Below, piece after piece: positions 26,264 to 36,733 of a stretch of 64,000 nt of DNA. The stretch comes from a virus (lineage: Duplodnaviria; Caudoviricetes). Made by a program: the position numbers and the translations under genes. The stretch lies in IMG/VR virus record IMGVR_UViG_3300037462_000487, positions 11,491 through 75,490 of that record. One strand, 5' to 3'. Under the pieces are notes generated by a model. The model did no database searches and was not told the DNA's origin. It was given only the letters and a program-made list of their open reading frames with translations. How positions within the stretch are numbered: position 1 is the first letter of the stretch; the number at the start of each line of letters is the position of its first letter.

Positions 26264-29200
26264 ATGCCGCAACTGACAACGACTGAAGACACCGCTATTC
26301 GCACTTTTCCGCAGACAACGCGCAAGTATTTGTCGGTGTTCCCGGAAATTGTGTTGTTTAGCGCCCGCATTGATGGCGTGGCAGAAACTACCAGCACCCC
26401 TACTGCAACTGCCGGTATATTTCTGGATAGCATCAGCAGCAGCATTTTTATGTTTCGGTATAAAGACTCTTCCGGCGACCCGGAAAACTGCTATGAAGGG
26501 ATGCGGATTCTGGTAGGAACTACTCCCGGCGGCAAAGAAATTGGCACGACAACGCTGCGAGGTCCAATTGACGATGTTAATTTACTTATTCCTATTAATG
26601 AAACGCCTTACGGTCAGTTAACGGCTGTCGATGAAGCGTATATTACCGTTATTGAAAATTTTTGCCCCGCGCAGCGTACTCTGCGTTTGCAAGCGCTTAG
26701 CAAAGGTTCCAGCGGAATTTTGACTGACTTTATCGAATATCACGACTATGATGAAGTCTATGTCGATCAAAATGTTAACATTGTGCCGATTGCCAATATC
26801 AATCGCCCTTCTACCGAACCTGGGCGAAAACTATACGCGCAAAGTGCTGGCTTTGTCGATGCTACGACTGAAATGCTGCGACTGAAATTTACCGCTATTC
26901 ACAGTCGGGCAATGGTTGGCACCAATCCGCTGCAATATGAATGGTCAATTGGCGACGGTACTTACGTCACCGGCAGTGCCACTACCGCCGAAATCGAAGT
27001 TGATTTTCCAGTAGGAGCGCGACATATTCGCCTGATTGTCACCGATACCGTGACGGGCAAAAAATCACCTGCGCGGTACCATCCGGTAATTGCCCACGAC
27101 CGCACCACCTTTACCCCCTTTGAAAACAATGATCGTGGCTTCAACTGCGAAAAAGATAGCCGCAAAGAAGGGCGACGGATGTCGTTTCGGATTTTCGGGC
27201 AAAACGAAACGGCAACCGATGCCGATTTACCGTATGGCGCTCTCATTGTCTATTGGGAAGAACCGTATTTTTATACTTCTGCGCCGCCGGAAACCTACGT
27301 CGGGCAGTTCACCGGCTGGTTGTTTGTTAAGTCAATTACGCCGGTTAAGAACGCCGGTACCGTGACAATTGATGTTCTGGGAGTCGAAGGCTGGTTGAGT
27401 GAAGTCGTCAATGGCTTTAACACACAGCTTACTGACTTTAACCGCCTGCCGCGTAAATGGTTTGAAATGGAAGACATTACCTGCAACAAAGTTATTCACT
27501 ATCTGCTGCGCGAGTATTCAACAGCTTTGCTCTCCGCTAATCTGTATTTACCGCTAATAGACGGCGCAACAGATCGCGCCGAAACCGCCGCTAAAGACAA
27601 ATTATTTAATCAGCTTACTACCGTAGCTGCCGCGTATGGCAACCTGTGTCGAGCAGACAGCAACAACGGCATCTGGATTGAGCAAGACGTGTATTACCTG
27701 ACTGACCGCAGTACAGTACCCGTCATTACGATCTTAACTGCCAGTGACTTAACGCTGGATGGGTTAAGCGTGACTCAACGTGAAGCTCGCAGTGTCGGGC
27801 TGGTTATTGGCAGCGGCAGTTCGTGGGACGGCGTAGCAGCGGAACCGGTGTTAATGAAGTCTCACGCTCCCGGTAACTATGCCGGCGATGGCGACGGGCA
27901 GGAAGAATTTTTCTGGCGAGTCGATTCACAAACAGAACTCAATTACAAAACCGGGCAGCTTTATGCCCGTCGCAACAGTCGCTTTGAAAGCATCTCCGTG
28001 ACGCTCATTGGTAACTACGATGTTTTTGAAGCAGCCTGGGGCGAACTGGTACAGCTTGAATATAACGAAGACAACACTGCCGGTTATGTCATTCCATCTT
28101 CGCTGACTTTTGTCATTGAAGATGTGAGTGTCGCTCACAGCAATTCCGAAAAGTCGCCTTCTAAACGTATCACTTTAACGCTGGCAGAATTGACTGACGG
28201 GGTTCCGGGGTTAACTCAGAAAATTGAAAAAGAAGAATGGGTGGCTCCGTCACCGGTCGATACCGGCAACTGGACAGTTGCACCGCTGCCGCCGCTGCCC
28301 GACACCGGGTTCACTATTGCCGATTTTACGCCGCCGGTAACACCGGAAAATCCTACTCCCGATCCGCTGCCAGTCGGGTTCTGTGTGACGGCAACTGGCA
28401 ACGATCTGTACCGTACTTTTGAATTTCTCAGCGATGATGTTGTCTGGCAAAAAGTAACACCGCCGGCAGAAAAAGGTATGCTGCTAGATTACTGCGCGAA
28501 ACTCAATCCGGCAACAACCGGTAATGTGGTAGCTTATGCTTTTTACCTGACTTCACCAACAACTTTTACTTTCTGGCGCTGCTCCAATATTAAAGCTCCG
28601 ACTGTATCCTGGACAAAAGAGGCTACCCGCTCTTTTTCCGGGGGAGCCTTTAACAATGTCGGCACGATTGATTGCAGCGCTAACGGCGTATTTGCCGCTG
28701 CCGCCTGGCTCTGTGAAAACGGTGTGCGAGTCTTTTTTCGGGATAACGGAGTCTGGTCTGCCAGCGCTACTGCCTGCGGTTCACTCACTACCACCGATGC
28801 TAACTTTTCCAGCAAAGATTTACAGCTACTGGTAGATGGAACTCGCACAGTATGCAGCGGCTTACACACCACCAGCAACAAATATCAATTGTTCACGTCA
28901 ACTGCCGGCGGCGCGTTTAGTGTTATCAGCGGCAGCCCGACTTTTGATGCTCCCTGCTGCTCGCTAACTGCCCGCGGCACAACGCTGTATTTATCGTCCT
29001 GGGCAGGCGCTCTGGCAGAAGACGCGAAAGAAGAAGAAGCTCGCTCGATTGAAGGCAGTGAAACACCAGCCGACGGCGGCGTACCCGGCGGTGCTTACGA
29101 TTGCGGAAGCTGGTCACGCACATATCGTCTTGATGGCGAAACTCTACCACCCGAAGTCAGTGTCACCAGAGGTACCTTTACCGCAGGTGTGGGGGTGATG

Positions 29201-31312
29201 GGTAACTTTGCCGGTGGTGTAAGCGGTGTTAGCCTCACTATTACCGAAGCGGTAGCGTATACTTTAAGTGGTATTACGTTTGATGCCGATTTAACAATTG
29301 CTGTCGGCGGCACTTCGCGGGGTTTCTATGAAAATGCCGCGTTTAGTCTGGCAGACAATCTGCCGGTGGGTTCCTACAATGGAGCACGATTTTACGGTTT
29401 TACCGATATTCCCGGTGTAACCGTCATCAATCCGGTTGTGCAGTCTGCCACTGTCACGGATAGTGGCTCGTCGGTAGTAAGAGCAATTACCGTTCACGGT
29501 AAGGGCTTTGAACCCGGAATGCCAACAGAAATTATAACTATGGACGCAGCTAACCCCCCAACCGATTTGAGTATTGCACACGGTACAATAGACAGTGGAG
29601 GTTTCTTCGACTCAGGTATTCGTTTTGCTCCTGGTTATGGCAACGTCTCCTGGATTATCTGCGAAGGCAAATTCCCCGTCAGCGGCTTAACGCAAGTCAA
29701 AGTGTTTTACGACAGCCCCGATGTCGAAGCAATTGAACTATGGATCGGCGATGACTCGCTGGTAGAAAGCTTTGCGTATCCGGTGCCTGACGGGGGTGAA
29801 TACTCATTTACTTTGCCAACTTTAACTCCACTCTGTGGCGACACTTTTATTTTAAACACCCGTGTCGCTACCGGCCCGTGGGGCGGCGGCGGCAACGTTT
29901 CACCGTTTAAACTGTTACGAATAGAATTTACACAATACGAATCTAGTATCCCTAATTCCAGCAGCCCATCTAGCAACAACGCGGAAAAAACAGTCACTTC
30001 TTCGCCGGAGTTCACCGACGGCGCAACGTATCCTTTAATCTGGGACACTAAAGACGATGATCCCAAACATTTCAGTGAAACTGATGGTTTTGTCACGTTA
30101 CGCTGGACGTTTGATCCTTCACAGCCGGTAGATTTTTCCCAGGTTAACTGGTACACCTACATTAAATACTTAAGTGATGACTCAACTAAACCGGAAAACA
30201 ACACCCGACTGGTAGTTAAATGGAATTTAAGCGCCAAGTTTCAGGGGCAAACCGAACTAGTCAAAAAAAGCGGCAGCGTCACGTTTGTCAGAGCAGGTAC
30301 CAGCGTCTCCGGTACTGTAGGTAATTATACCCGCGTTGCTCGTTCCAGTGATATGCTCAGTGGCATTACCACTACCGGCAAACGACTGGAATATCTGGAA
30401 GCCAGAGCGGAAATTGTGCCAACTGCCGTTGGGCTGGCAACTCCTTTCCGCGAAACACTGAAAGTGCCGGTAGATGGTACTACCGTAGCTACCAAAGGTA
30501 AAACTACGGTAGGCACCTCTTACCGGGTCAAAGTATCAGGAACCGCAATTTACGGCGATGTACCACCACAACCTTTTGTCGTCTATACTGACGGTGTTTA
30601 CTCATCAACTACGGCTGGCGGAGGTGGGTGGGCGCTGCAACCTGATGTGCGTTTGCAGATGAACGGTGTAGATTTGTCAGCGCCGGCTTACAATCCGGCA
30701 CATGAATATGTTTTTACTCTGGCGGGTACGGGTAATGCGATTGAATTTCGTTTTCGAGATGTTGATACTTCACCCGGACTTTACCACACTGACAACACGG
30801 GGGAATTAAAGGTTGAAGTAGAAGAAGTCAGCACTGAAACCAAACGTGAATGGCGCATTGAGTTTGGCCCCTACGGTGCATCTGGCTCCCCCAGAGTAGT
30901 CGAGCGAACCGCCAGCAGCGGCAGTCGTAGCTGTCTGTATCGCGTCGCTAACTACGCCACGACACCTGTTTTCACCAATATTACACCCACTAACAAAAAG
31001 GTGTCACAGAAAAAGCACGGTTTAACTGTCGATAAAATCACCGCCGGAACACTGTACGTGTGTGGACAGCTTGACAGCGAACCTGCCTGGGTTATGAAAT
31101 CAACAGACAATGGTGTGACCTGGCAGGATGTCGATCAGTCAGGTGCAAACTGGATCATTGTCTTTGATGTGGTTAAATTACAGGGTTCCAGCAATCTGCT
31201 GCGATTTACTCCCGACAATACCACGACTCCGGTTTCGCGCATTGGTGATTTGTACCGGGAAAATGCCGGCAGAACTCCCTATATTCGACATTGTACTCTG
31301 GCGGTAGACTGA
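26264..31312 (+). CDS. Multidomain tail tip / central fibre protein (PKD, hub, Pro linker, propeller blades, lectin-like modules)
   Basis: PKD YEWSIGDGT..RHIRLIVTD, Pro-rich linker PLPPLPDTG..PENPTPDP, Asp-box KSTDNGVTW, DNTGELKVEV module. Confidence 0.8.
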   Translation: MPQLTTTEDTAIRTFPQTTRKYLSVFPEIVLFSARIDGVAETTSTPTATAGIFLDSISSSIFMFRYKDSSGDPENCYEGMRILVGTTPGGKEIGTTTLRGPIDDVNLLIPINETPYGQLTAVDEAYITVIENFCPAQRTLRLQALSKGSSGILTDFIEYHDYDEVYVDQNVNIVPIANINRPSTEPGRKLYAQSAGFVDATTEMLRLKFTAIHSRAMVGTNPLQYEWSIGDGTYVTGSATTAEIEVDFPVGARHIRLIVTDTVTGKKSPARYHPVIAHDRTTFTPFENNDRGFNCEKDSRKEGRRMSFRIFGQNETATDADLPYGALIVYWEEPYFYTSAPPETYVGQFTGWLFVKSITPVKNAGTVTIDVLGVEGWLSEVVNGFNTQLTDFNRLPRKWFEMEDITCNKVIHYLLREYSTALLSANLYLPLIDGATDRAETAAKDKLFNQLTTVAAAYGNLCRADSNNGIWIEQDVYYLTDRSTVPVITILTASDLTLDGLSVTQREARSVGLVIGSGSSWDGVAAEPVLMKSHAPGNYAGDGDGQEEFFWRVDSQTELNYKTGQLYARRNSRFESISVTLIGNYDVFEAAWGELVQLEYNEDNTAGYVIPSSLTFVIEDVSVAHSNSEKSPSKRITLTLAELTDGVPGLTQKIEKEEWVAPSPVDTGNWTVAPLPPLPDTGFTIADFTPPVTPENPTPDPLPVGFCVTATGNDLYRTFEFLSDDVVWQKVTPPAEKGMLLDYCAKLNPATTGNVVAYAFYLTSPTTFTFWRCSNIKAPTVSWTKEATRSFSGGAFNNVGTIDCSANGVFAAAAWLCENGVRVFFRDNGVWSASATACGSLTTTDANFSSKDLQLLVDGTRTVCSGLHTTSNKYQLFTSTAGGAFSVISGSPTFDAPCCSLTARGTTLYLSSWAGALAEDAKEEEARSIEGSETPADGGVPGGAYDCGSWSRTYRLDGETLPPEVSVTRGTFTAGVGVMGNFAGGVSGVSLTITEAVAYTLSGITFDADLTIAVGGTSRGFYENAAFSLADNLPVGSYNGARFYGFTDIPGVTVINPVVQSATVTDSGSSVVRAITVHGKGFEPGMPTEIITMDAANPPTDLSIAHGTIDSGGFFDSGIRFAPGYGNVSWIICEGKFPVSGLTQVKVFYDSPDVEAIELWIGDDSLVESFAYPVPDGGEYSFTLPTLTPLCGDTFILNTRVATGPWGGGGNVSPFKLLRIEFTQYESSIPNSSSPSSNNAEKTVTSSPEFTDGATYPLIWDTKDDDPKHFSETDGFVTLRWTFDPSQPVDFSQVNWYTYIKYLSDDSTKPENNTRLVVKWNLSAKFQGQTELVKKSGSVTFVRAGTSVSGTVGNYTRVARSSDMLSGITTTGKRLEYLEARAEIVPTAVGLATPFRETLKVPVDGTTVATKGKTTVGTSYRVKVSGTAIYGDVPPQPFVVYTDGVYSSTTAGGGGWALQPDVRLQMNGVDLSAPAYNPAHEYVFTLAGTGNAIEFRFRDVDTSPGLYHTDNTGELKVEVEEVSTETKREWRIEFGPYGASGSPRVVERTASSGSRSCLYRVANYATTPVFTNITPTNKKVSQKKHGLTVDKITAGTLYVCGQLDSEPAWVMKSTDNGVTWQDVDQSGANWIIVFDVVKLQGSSNLLRFTPDNTTTPVSRIGDLYRENAGRTPYIRHCTLAVD

Positions 31313-32262
31313 TGTCTAAATTACCTGTCGATACACCGCGTCTGTACGAAGAATTTGAAGAAACGCTGCGTGAAGTTGTTTCGCAGACAGTCAATACGTA
31401 TCGAGATTTTGGCTACCTGGGTTACGAAGTTAATGGTGTGTTTTCCGTCATCTCCCCGGATAACCCCGCCAAGTTCTACGTCACCATGAAAGATGGCTCT
31501 TTTAAAGAAGTTTTTCATCGTGGCAAAGTCGCTCCCAATCCGCAAATGCCGGTTGAAATCCGCTACGTTAATGACGATCCGACTCAGGATCGCAGCGGCT
31601 ACATCTATGGCGTTAACGAAGACGAAATTCGCAGCTATTCTAACAAGATAACTGCCAGCGCTAACGTCGGTATTCACAGTCATCATCGGGGATCGGGAAT
31701 GGAGTTCCCGGTTGACTTGCGACTCATCTACCAGTTGTCAGTACGCCCTTCTCCGGGGACTATGGTCGTCAACGTCAACAGCGGGTTTTATTTCAATGCC
31801 AGCAATGCTTTGCGCTGGTACGCTGGCGGTGCGCTGAATTTAACCAGTTTAAAACCAGTTGCCGCTGCCTACAAGCGATGGGTGTTAATCGGACTTGATC
31901 CGGCTACCAGTACGCTGGTAACAGCCGCCAGTACGCCAGTGCCGGGTTTTGCCACGCTAACCGAAGCAGTCATTGAAACGCTGACGTTAACTCCGGCTGA
32001 CAGCATCCCACTGGCGGCGGTAAAGGTTTTTCAAAACAAAAACAGTCTGTATGAGATGGATTTTGTCGCGTTGTATCGCATTGCGGCAATGGCAGGGGCT
32101 GCCGGCAGCGGCGACAGCAACCTCATTGGTTATCCTAATCCGGTGACTGAGCCATGGCTCATTCCGGCAGGGCGAGAGATGCTGGTAAATGCTATCGAAA
32201 TTGCCAGCGGCGGCGAATTTGAAATTATCGGTAATCTGGTTGTAATCGGGGAGTATGATTAA
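31312..32262 (+). CDS. Minor tail protein
   Basis: ATG overlaps the upstream TGA; lies between tail tip and fibre. Confidence 0.65.
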   Translation: MSKLPVDTPRLYEEFEETLREVVSQTVNTYRDFGYLGYEVNGVFSVISPDNPAKFYVTMKDGSFKEVFHRGKVAPNPQMPVEIRYVNDDPTQDRSGYIYGVNEDEIRSYSNKITASANVGIHSHHRGSGMEFPVDLRLIYQLSVRPSPGTMVVNVNSGFYFNASNALRWYAGGALNLTSLKPVAAAYKRWVLIGLDPATSTLVTAASTPVPGFATLTEAVIETLTLTPADSIPLAAVKVFQNKNSLYEMDFVALYRIAAMAGAAGSGDSNLIGYPNPVTEPWLIPAGREMLVNAIEIASGGEFEIIGNLVVIGEYD

Positions 32263-33545
32263 TGTCAGCTAACCTTAAAATCTTTCAAACGCATATTCGG
32301 TTTCCACACCGCAGTACCACACCGGCAACGCCGCCGGCAACTACCAGTCTGGTGTACGTCAAAACAGATGGGCGGTTGTATCGTCTGGGTTCTGATGGTA
32401 TCGAAACTGATGTGGCTACTACCCTGGCGGATACCGGCGTAGTACCTGGCAGTTACGAATCAGCCGATGTTACCGTCAACGCTAAAGGGCAAATTACTGC
32501 AATCAGTGATGCGCCTGACAGCGGTGTGACTCCCGGCAGCTACACAGCCGCCAATATTACCGTTGACCCCAAAGGACGAATTACGGTTGCCAGTTCTAAC
32601 GTTGCCGTGCCGGCTTTTCCTACTGGCGTTCCGGGCACCTATATCTGCCCGCTGCTAACGCTAGATACTCACGGCAAAGTAACCGCTATTGAAAGTGGTT
32701 ATTATGTTAATCCGGCTATTAATGATTTACGAATGGATAGCAGTATCAATTATGATCCTAATGCAATGTTGAATACCACCGATAACTCTGTTATGCGCTT
32801 AACGTTCTGGCGTGGCAACACCATTGCCTTAAGTCAGCTTACCGAAACCAACTATAAACTGTATCAGTTATCGACGCAGCCGATTATCAGTCTGGGAACT
32901 CTGCCGGTAGGGGTATACGATGTGTTTGTCTATGCCAGCGGCAGTACTCTGGTAGCTGAATTTATCGCCTGGTCTACGCTGACTTCTCGCGCTACCGCAC
33001 TGGAATGGTACCCGACTCTGGGAATTTACGGTACACCGTCGTCAAATCGTAAAAAATACATTGGTTCTATCTATTTAAATGTCGGTCAAACTCACGGCAC
33101 CTTTACCCGCTGGAATTATTTTAATCGCCTGACGCTGCATCAGCGTATTTTAGAAACAACCGCAAGCTGGACTTACGCCACAAGTGCCTGGCGACAGGTG
33201 CGAGCAAGTGGAGCTAACTTAATTAGCCTCTTAATCGGCATGAACAACGTGCCGATCACACTCAATGCCACGCTGTATGCACAGGGGGCGGCAAGTCTGG
33301 CAACTAACATTGGGTTCTCCACCACCGCACCGCTGTCAGGTTCGCTGGCGCTTCTGGGAGGAACTTCCGGGGCAGCAACTACGCAGGCAAAATGCGAAGT
33401 TCAGGGGAACTTTCACAGCCATACCAGTACCGACACCGTTGGTTTTCTGACGTTTTACTGGCTGGAACGCGGCAACACCAGTGGTACCTTTTTAGGTACC
33501 AGCGTCTTGCTGCAATCAGGTATGGAGATTACCTATGAAGGTTAA
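32262..33545 (+). CDS. Tail fibre protein
   Basis: Three repeats G.Y..(V/L)T(V/L)(N/D).(K/H)G..T at 32430-32695, typical of fibre shafts; beta-rich C-terminal domain. Confidence 0.8.
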   Translation: MSANLKIFQTHIRFPHRSTTPATPPATTSLVYVKTDGRLYRLGSDGIETDVATTLADTGVVPGSYESADVTVNAKGQITAISDAPDSGVTPGSYTAANITVDPKGRITVASSNVAVPAFPTGVPGTYICPLLTLDTHGKVTAIESGYYVNPAINDLRMDSSINYDPNAMLNTTDNSVMRLTFWRGNTIALSQLTETNYKLYQLSTQPIISLGTLPVGVYDVFVYASGSTLVAEFIAWSTLTSRATALEWYPTLGIYGTPSSNRKKYIGSIYLNVGQTHGTFTRWNYFNRLTLHQRILETTASWTYATSAWRQVRASGANLISLLIGMNNVPITLNATLYAQGAASLATNIGFSTTAPLSGSLALLGGTSGAATTQAKCEVQGNFHSHTSTDTVGFLTFYWLERGNTSGTFLGTSVLLQSGMEITYEG

Positions 33546-34071
33546 TGTCAGCAAATTTGAACGCGAGTTACGGGCGGCGGGCATTCCGTTAGAGGGTGTT
33601 GACTCTGACGGTACAGTATGGTATACTAATGAAGTTACCGAAGCACAGCGAGAAACTGCGGCAGCGATTTTACGCGATCACAATCCGCTGACACCTCACC
33701 CCGATGATGTGGTGCTAGCGCAAACCGTACAAGCGCTGCAAACTGCTCTGCAAAGTGCGGAAAACATGATAGGTATGCTGCCGTATTATGATATGTTGCA
33801 GCGCGAGCAGCGCAAAGCCGTGGTTCATCGCAAAGACATCGTAACCCATTATCAGGATTTTTTAAATCAGGTTAATCAGGAACCAAAAGGATATGCTGAT
33901 TTTCTGCACACGTTATATTTGTGTACTGGCCTGCGGGAAGACGATTTAACACCAGAACTGCCAGTAGAAAAAATGCATGAAGTAATTTTTGTTGGAATGC
34001 TCTATACCGGCTTTGGAGCTTTCAGTGCAATTGTACCGGCTTTCCTCATTATGTTAAAAAACAGGAGTTAA
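33535..34071 (+). CDS. Putative tail fibre assembly protein
   Basis: Directly after the fibre; ELRAAG..VTEAQRETAAAILRDH pattern. Confidence 0.5.
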   Translation: MKVNVSKFERELRAAGIPLEGVDSDGTVWYTNEVTEAQRETAAAILRDHNPLTPHPDDVVLAQTVQALQTALQSAENMIGMLPYYDMLQREQRKAVVHRKDIVTHYQDFLNQVNQEPKGYADFLHTLYLCTGLREDDLTPELPVEKMHEVIFVGMLYTGFGAFSAIVPAFLIMLKNRS

Positions 34072-34072
34072 T

Positions 34073-35188
34073 ATGTCACTAACTGATTTAAAAACACAGC
34101 TTGACAGCCAAATCTCGGCTTTGACGACACAACGCAACACTTTGCAGGCTAAAATTACTGAAACAGACGCTTTGCTGGCAACTGCGCAAACGCTGCATAC
34201 CAGTCTTGACGCAGCTATTCCGCTGGAAACCGAAATTAACACGCTAACGGCTGCGCTGGCAGCAGCTAATGCCAATCTGACTGCCTGTGGTATTGCCCGT
34301 ACCCGGCTGGAAAGCGAAAAAGCCGAACTGGCAGCGCAGCTTCAGGCTCTCACCAATCCGCCAGAAGTGGAAACGCCGCCGCAGCAGAATTTGCGTCTCC
34401 CTCACAGTTACAACGCGGCTACCGGTGAACTAACCGGCGTTTTTGCCGTTTATCTGACCGACCAGGCTAGCAGTGGTACTGCTCGCACGAACACCATGAA
34501 AAGCTATGTAGATCGTGTGGCAGCAGCCGGCGGCATCAACGGAGTCATCGTTTTTTGTAACGCTATCGAAGTGCAGGAAAAAACTATTCCTACCTACATT
34601 GCCAGCAAAGGTCTGGCGTGGTGGGCCGACAGCGTGTACTCGGTGTACACCCGTAATCCAGCCGGGTTTAGTGACTATATTACCCGTTGTAAGGCACTCA
34701 ATGCCGCCGGTTACATCCTGGACGATGCCAGCAGTCTGAGTATCTTTCCGCTGGCAACGCAGGAAGCTGTCGTGCGAATTATCAAGACTGTCGATGGCGA
34801 TAAACCGATTGTAGCCAGCTATGCGGTACTCGCGCCAGTCAATACCTACCGGGCAGCGAACAATGCGATTATCAATGTGCTGACTGCTCGCCAGCTTTAT
34901 CGCCATGAACTGGCAGCTACCAGCAACCCTACCGGCGTTCTGGCTAACTGGATCGCCACACGTCCGATGCAGATTGCCAATCTGGAATGTTTTACTGCCG
35001 GTCGGGTGACAACTTCCGCCAGGCACCTGCGGGAAATGGTGCAGCACATCCGGGCAGGTGGCATTAAAAATATCATGATGTACGCTGCCGTCGATATTGG
35101 TACCTTTAAAGTTTGGAATCACCCGGCATTGTGGGATGCAGTTCAGGAAGAAGCTGTCCGCTGGACAGATGGAAATCCGGCTAATTAG
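34073..35188 (+). CDS. Coiled-coil plus glycoside-hydrolase-like TIM barrel (lysin or depolymerase candidate)
   Basis: ~100-aa heptad N-terminus, then alternating beta/alpha with GYILDD, PIVAS, QLY, LECF, GIKNIMMY. Confidence 0.5.
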   Translation: MSLTDLKTQLDSQISALTTQRNTLQAKITETDALLATAQTLHTSLDAAIPLETEINTLTAALAAANANLTACGIARTRLESEKAELAAQLQALTNPPEVETPPQQNLRLPHSYNAATGELTGVFAVYLTDQASSGTARTNTMKSYVDRVAAAGGINGVIVFCNAIEVQEKTIPTYIASKGLAWWADSVYSVYTRNPAGFSDYITRCKALNAAGYILDDASSLSIFPLATQEAVVRIIKTVDGDKPIVASYAVLAPVNTYRAANNAIINVLTARQLYRHELAATSNPTGVLANWIATRPMQIANLECFTAGRVTTSARHLREMVQHIRAGGIKNIMMYAAVDIGTFKVWNHPALWDAVQEEAVRWTDGNPAN

Positions 35189-35206
35189 CTAAATAAGGAG
35201 TTAACT

Positions 35207-35578
35207 ATGTGGGATCAAACGGATTTTGTGGTGCTGGTGGTTGCCGGTGGCGCAATTGTCATGGCAATTATGGCAATCTGGCAGAGTCGGCCGGAAAAGA
35301 TTGTCGCGGCAGTGCAGCGAATCACCGAGTCGCCGGAAACAATGGCCCGGCTGGAAAACAGTTATAATCAGCTTACTCCCCGTGAGCAGGCGCTGATTAA
35401 CACCGTGACTACAGCAATGACGTTTCTGTACAACAGTGTGCCCAGTAATTCGACGTATCACAAACCCTTTCAGGAAAGCCTGGAACTGTTGCAAGAAATT
35501 ACCGATAAACTTCCGGCAGTGGAAAAACCGATGCCGGTGTCTGACCCGGTAGTGGAACCCGCTGGCTCAGATAAGTAA
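35207..35578 (+). CDS. Single-TM membrane protein, holin-like
   Basis: N-terminal TM FVVLVVAGGAIVMAIMAIW, AAGGAG RBS, last gene of the late unit. Confidence 0.55.
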   Translation: MWDQTDFVVLVVAGGAIVMAIMAIWQSRPEKIVAAVQRITESPETMARLENSYNQLTPREQALINTVTTAMTFLYNSVPSNSTYHKPFQESLELLQEITDKLPAVEKPMPVSDPVVEPAGSDK

Positions 35579-35615
35579 CTAAACAAAACCCCGGCACTGC
35601 CGGGGTTTTGTTTAG
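35579..35615. terminator. Bidirectional terminator between the convergent genome halves
   Basis: CTAAACAAAACCCCGGC-ACT-GCCGGGGTTTTGTTTAG, a perfect 17-bp inverted repeat. Confidence 0.92.
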
Positions 35616-35989
35616 TGCCACCATAAATAGATGATTTGATCCCATACCAGATTAAGTAGCAGAATACGATTATACGGCTGTGCTTCCTTTATTTCAGTGA
35701 CGTTAACGGTAAGCCCCAGAAATTTAAATAGCGACTGTGATTCTACAAACAAATCAGGAGTATGTGAAGCCGCCGGCAGCAAAAGAAATTCTGTGCCGGG
35801 TGCGTTTACCCGCTCTAACACCTCCAGGATTGTTGGATCATACGGCACTTCGGCAATCCAGTATCCGGTAGCTTCCATTTTGGCTATCCAGTTACGAACA
35901 GACAAATCGTTCCGATTACCTTCGCAGTAATCAACAATGTTTTGATTAAGAACGGCTACTAAAAGTTCTTTACCCGTCATTGCTGCCAT
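35612..35989 (-). CDS. Hypothetical protein
   Basis: 125 aa, GAGG RBS. Confidence 0.75.
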   Translation of the reverse strand: MAAMTGKELLVAVLNQNIVDYCEGNRNDLSVRNWIAKMEATGYWIAEVPYDPTILEVLERVNAPGTEFLLLPAASHTPDLFVESQSLFKFLGLTVNVTEIKEAQPYNRILLLNLVWDQIIYLWWH

Positions 35990-36128
35990 GATACACCTCA
36001 GTTATAGGTTTAAGCCATTGAACGAAAGAATGGTAAACGCACCCGTCTATCCAGAACGAGAACCAGACACAAATCCAACTCCCCTTCTTCGCAAAAATAT
36101 GGTGACATTTACTAAAAATCGCTGTGAG

Positions 36129-36731
36129 TTAGTTTCCATACTTTTTTAAATCCTCTCGAATATCATTGCCGGTAATTTCGTTACCGTAAGACAACCAGCC
36201 TTCTCGCGGTTGCCGGGCAAACAATTCCAGTTTGTCACCTGTTACGTCTCCCATTAACGCTTCAATTCTTTCGTATACCGCTGTCGGTTTTTCACTGTGA
36301 CGGGTAAACGGAGCCACAACTAGCTGACGTACATCAAACCGCTGCCGGCTGACTTTCCCGCGGGTGAACAACAAACAAAATTCAGTGTTAGCTCGCGTCC
36401 AGTAACCGGTGCCCATAAACCAGTTGACTTCTGCATCCAGCGTAGTACCTGACGGTTGTTTTTGCCGGCTTTTTGCCCACACAAACGCTACTGTCTTGTA
36501 GGTAAACCCCCAGACTGTCCCGGTAGCCAGCGCCTGCGCCAGCAGCGGCCAGGTACCCCACAAGAACAAAACCGAATTGTCGGCACAAATGGGTTTAATG
36601 TAGTCACCCAGACTGTAAATATCGGCGATACTCATCGTAGAATAGTGCTGCTCCGGCGAGCGATCCTGTCCTTTAGCTGAGTACGTTTTAAACTGCCAGG
36701 GAGGATCGGCGTATAAAATGCTGACTGCCAT
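36129..36731 (-). CDS. MT-A70 family adenine-N6 methyltransferase
   Basis: ILYADPPW, HYSTMS, LFLW, WGFTYKT, GYWTRANTE, HSEKP, LELFAR; start refined to ATG 36731. Confidence 0.93.
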   Translation of the reverse strand: MAVSILYADPPWQFKTYSAKGQDRSPEQHYSTMSIADIYSLGDYIKPICADNSVLFLWGTWPLLAQALATGTVWGFTYKTVAFVWAKSRQKQPSGTTLDAEVNWFMGTGYWTRANTEFCLLFTRGKVSRQRFDVRQLVVAPFTRHSEKPTAVYERIEALMGDVTGDKLELFARQPREGWLSYGNEITGNDIREDLKKYGN

Positions 36732-36733
36732 GC

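Noticed and set aside
26264-33545. Diversity-generating retroelement acting on tail tip/fibre
   Set aside because: No reverse transcriptase and no adenine-variant TR/VR duplicate noticed.
34430-35122. Long antisense/shadow ORFs (also 10600-11376, 14460-15260, 21124-21636, 39441-40292, 41415-42341, 42465-43235)
   Set aside because: They lie opposite well-supported genes, lack RBS and motifs, and read as codon-shadow sequences.
36000-36128. Possible ~30-aa ORFs between the MT-A70 gene and 35989
   Set aside because: Two alternative short frames, neither with supporting evidence.
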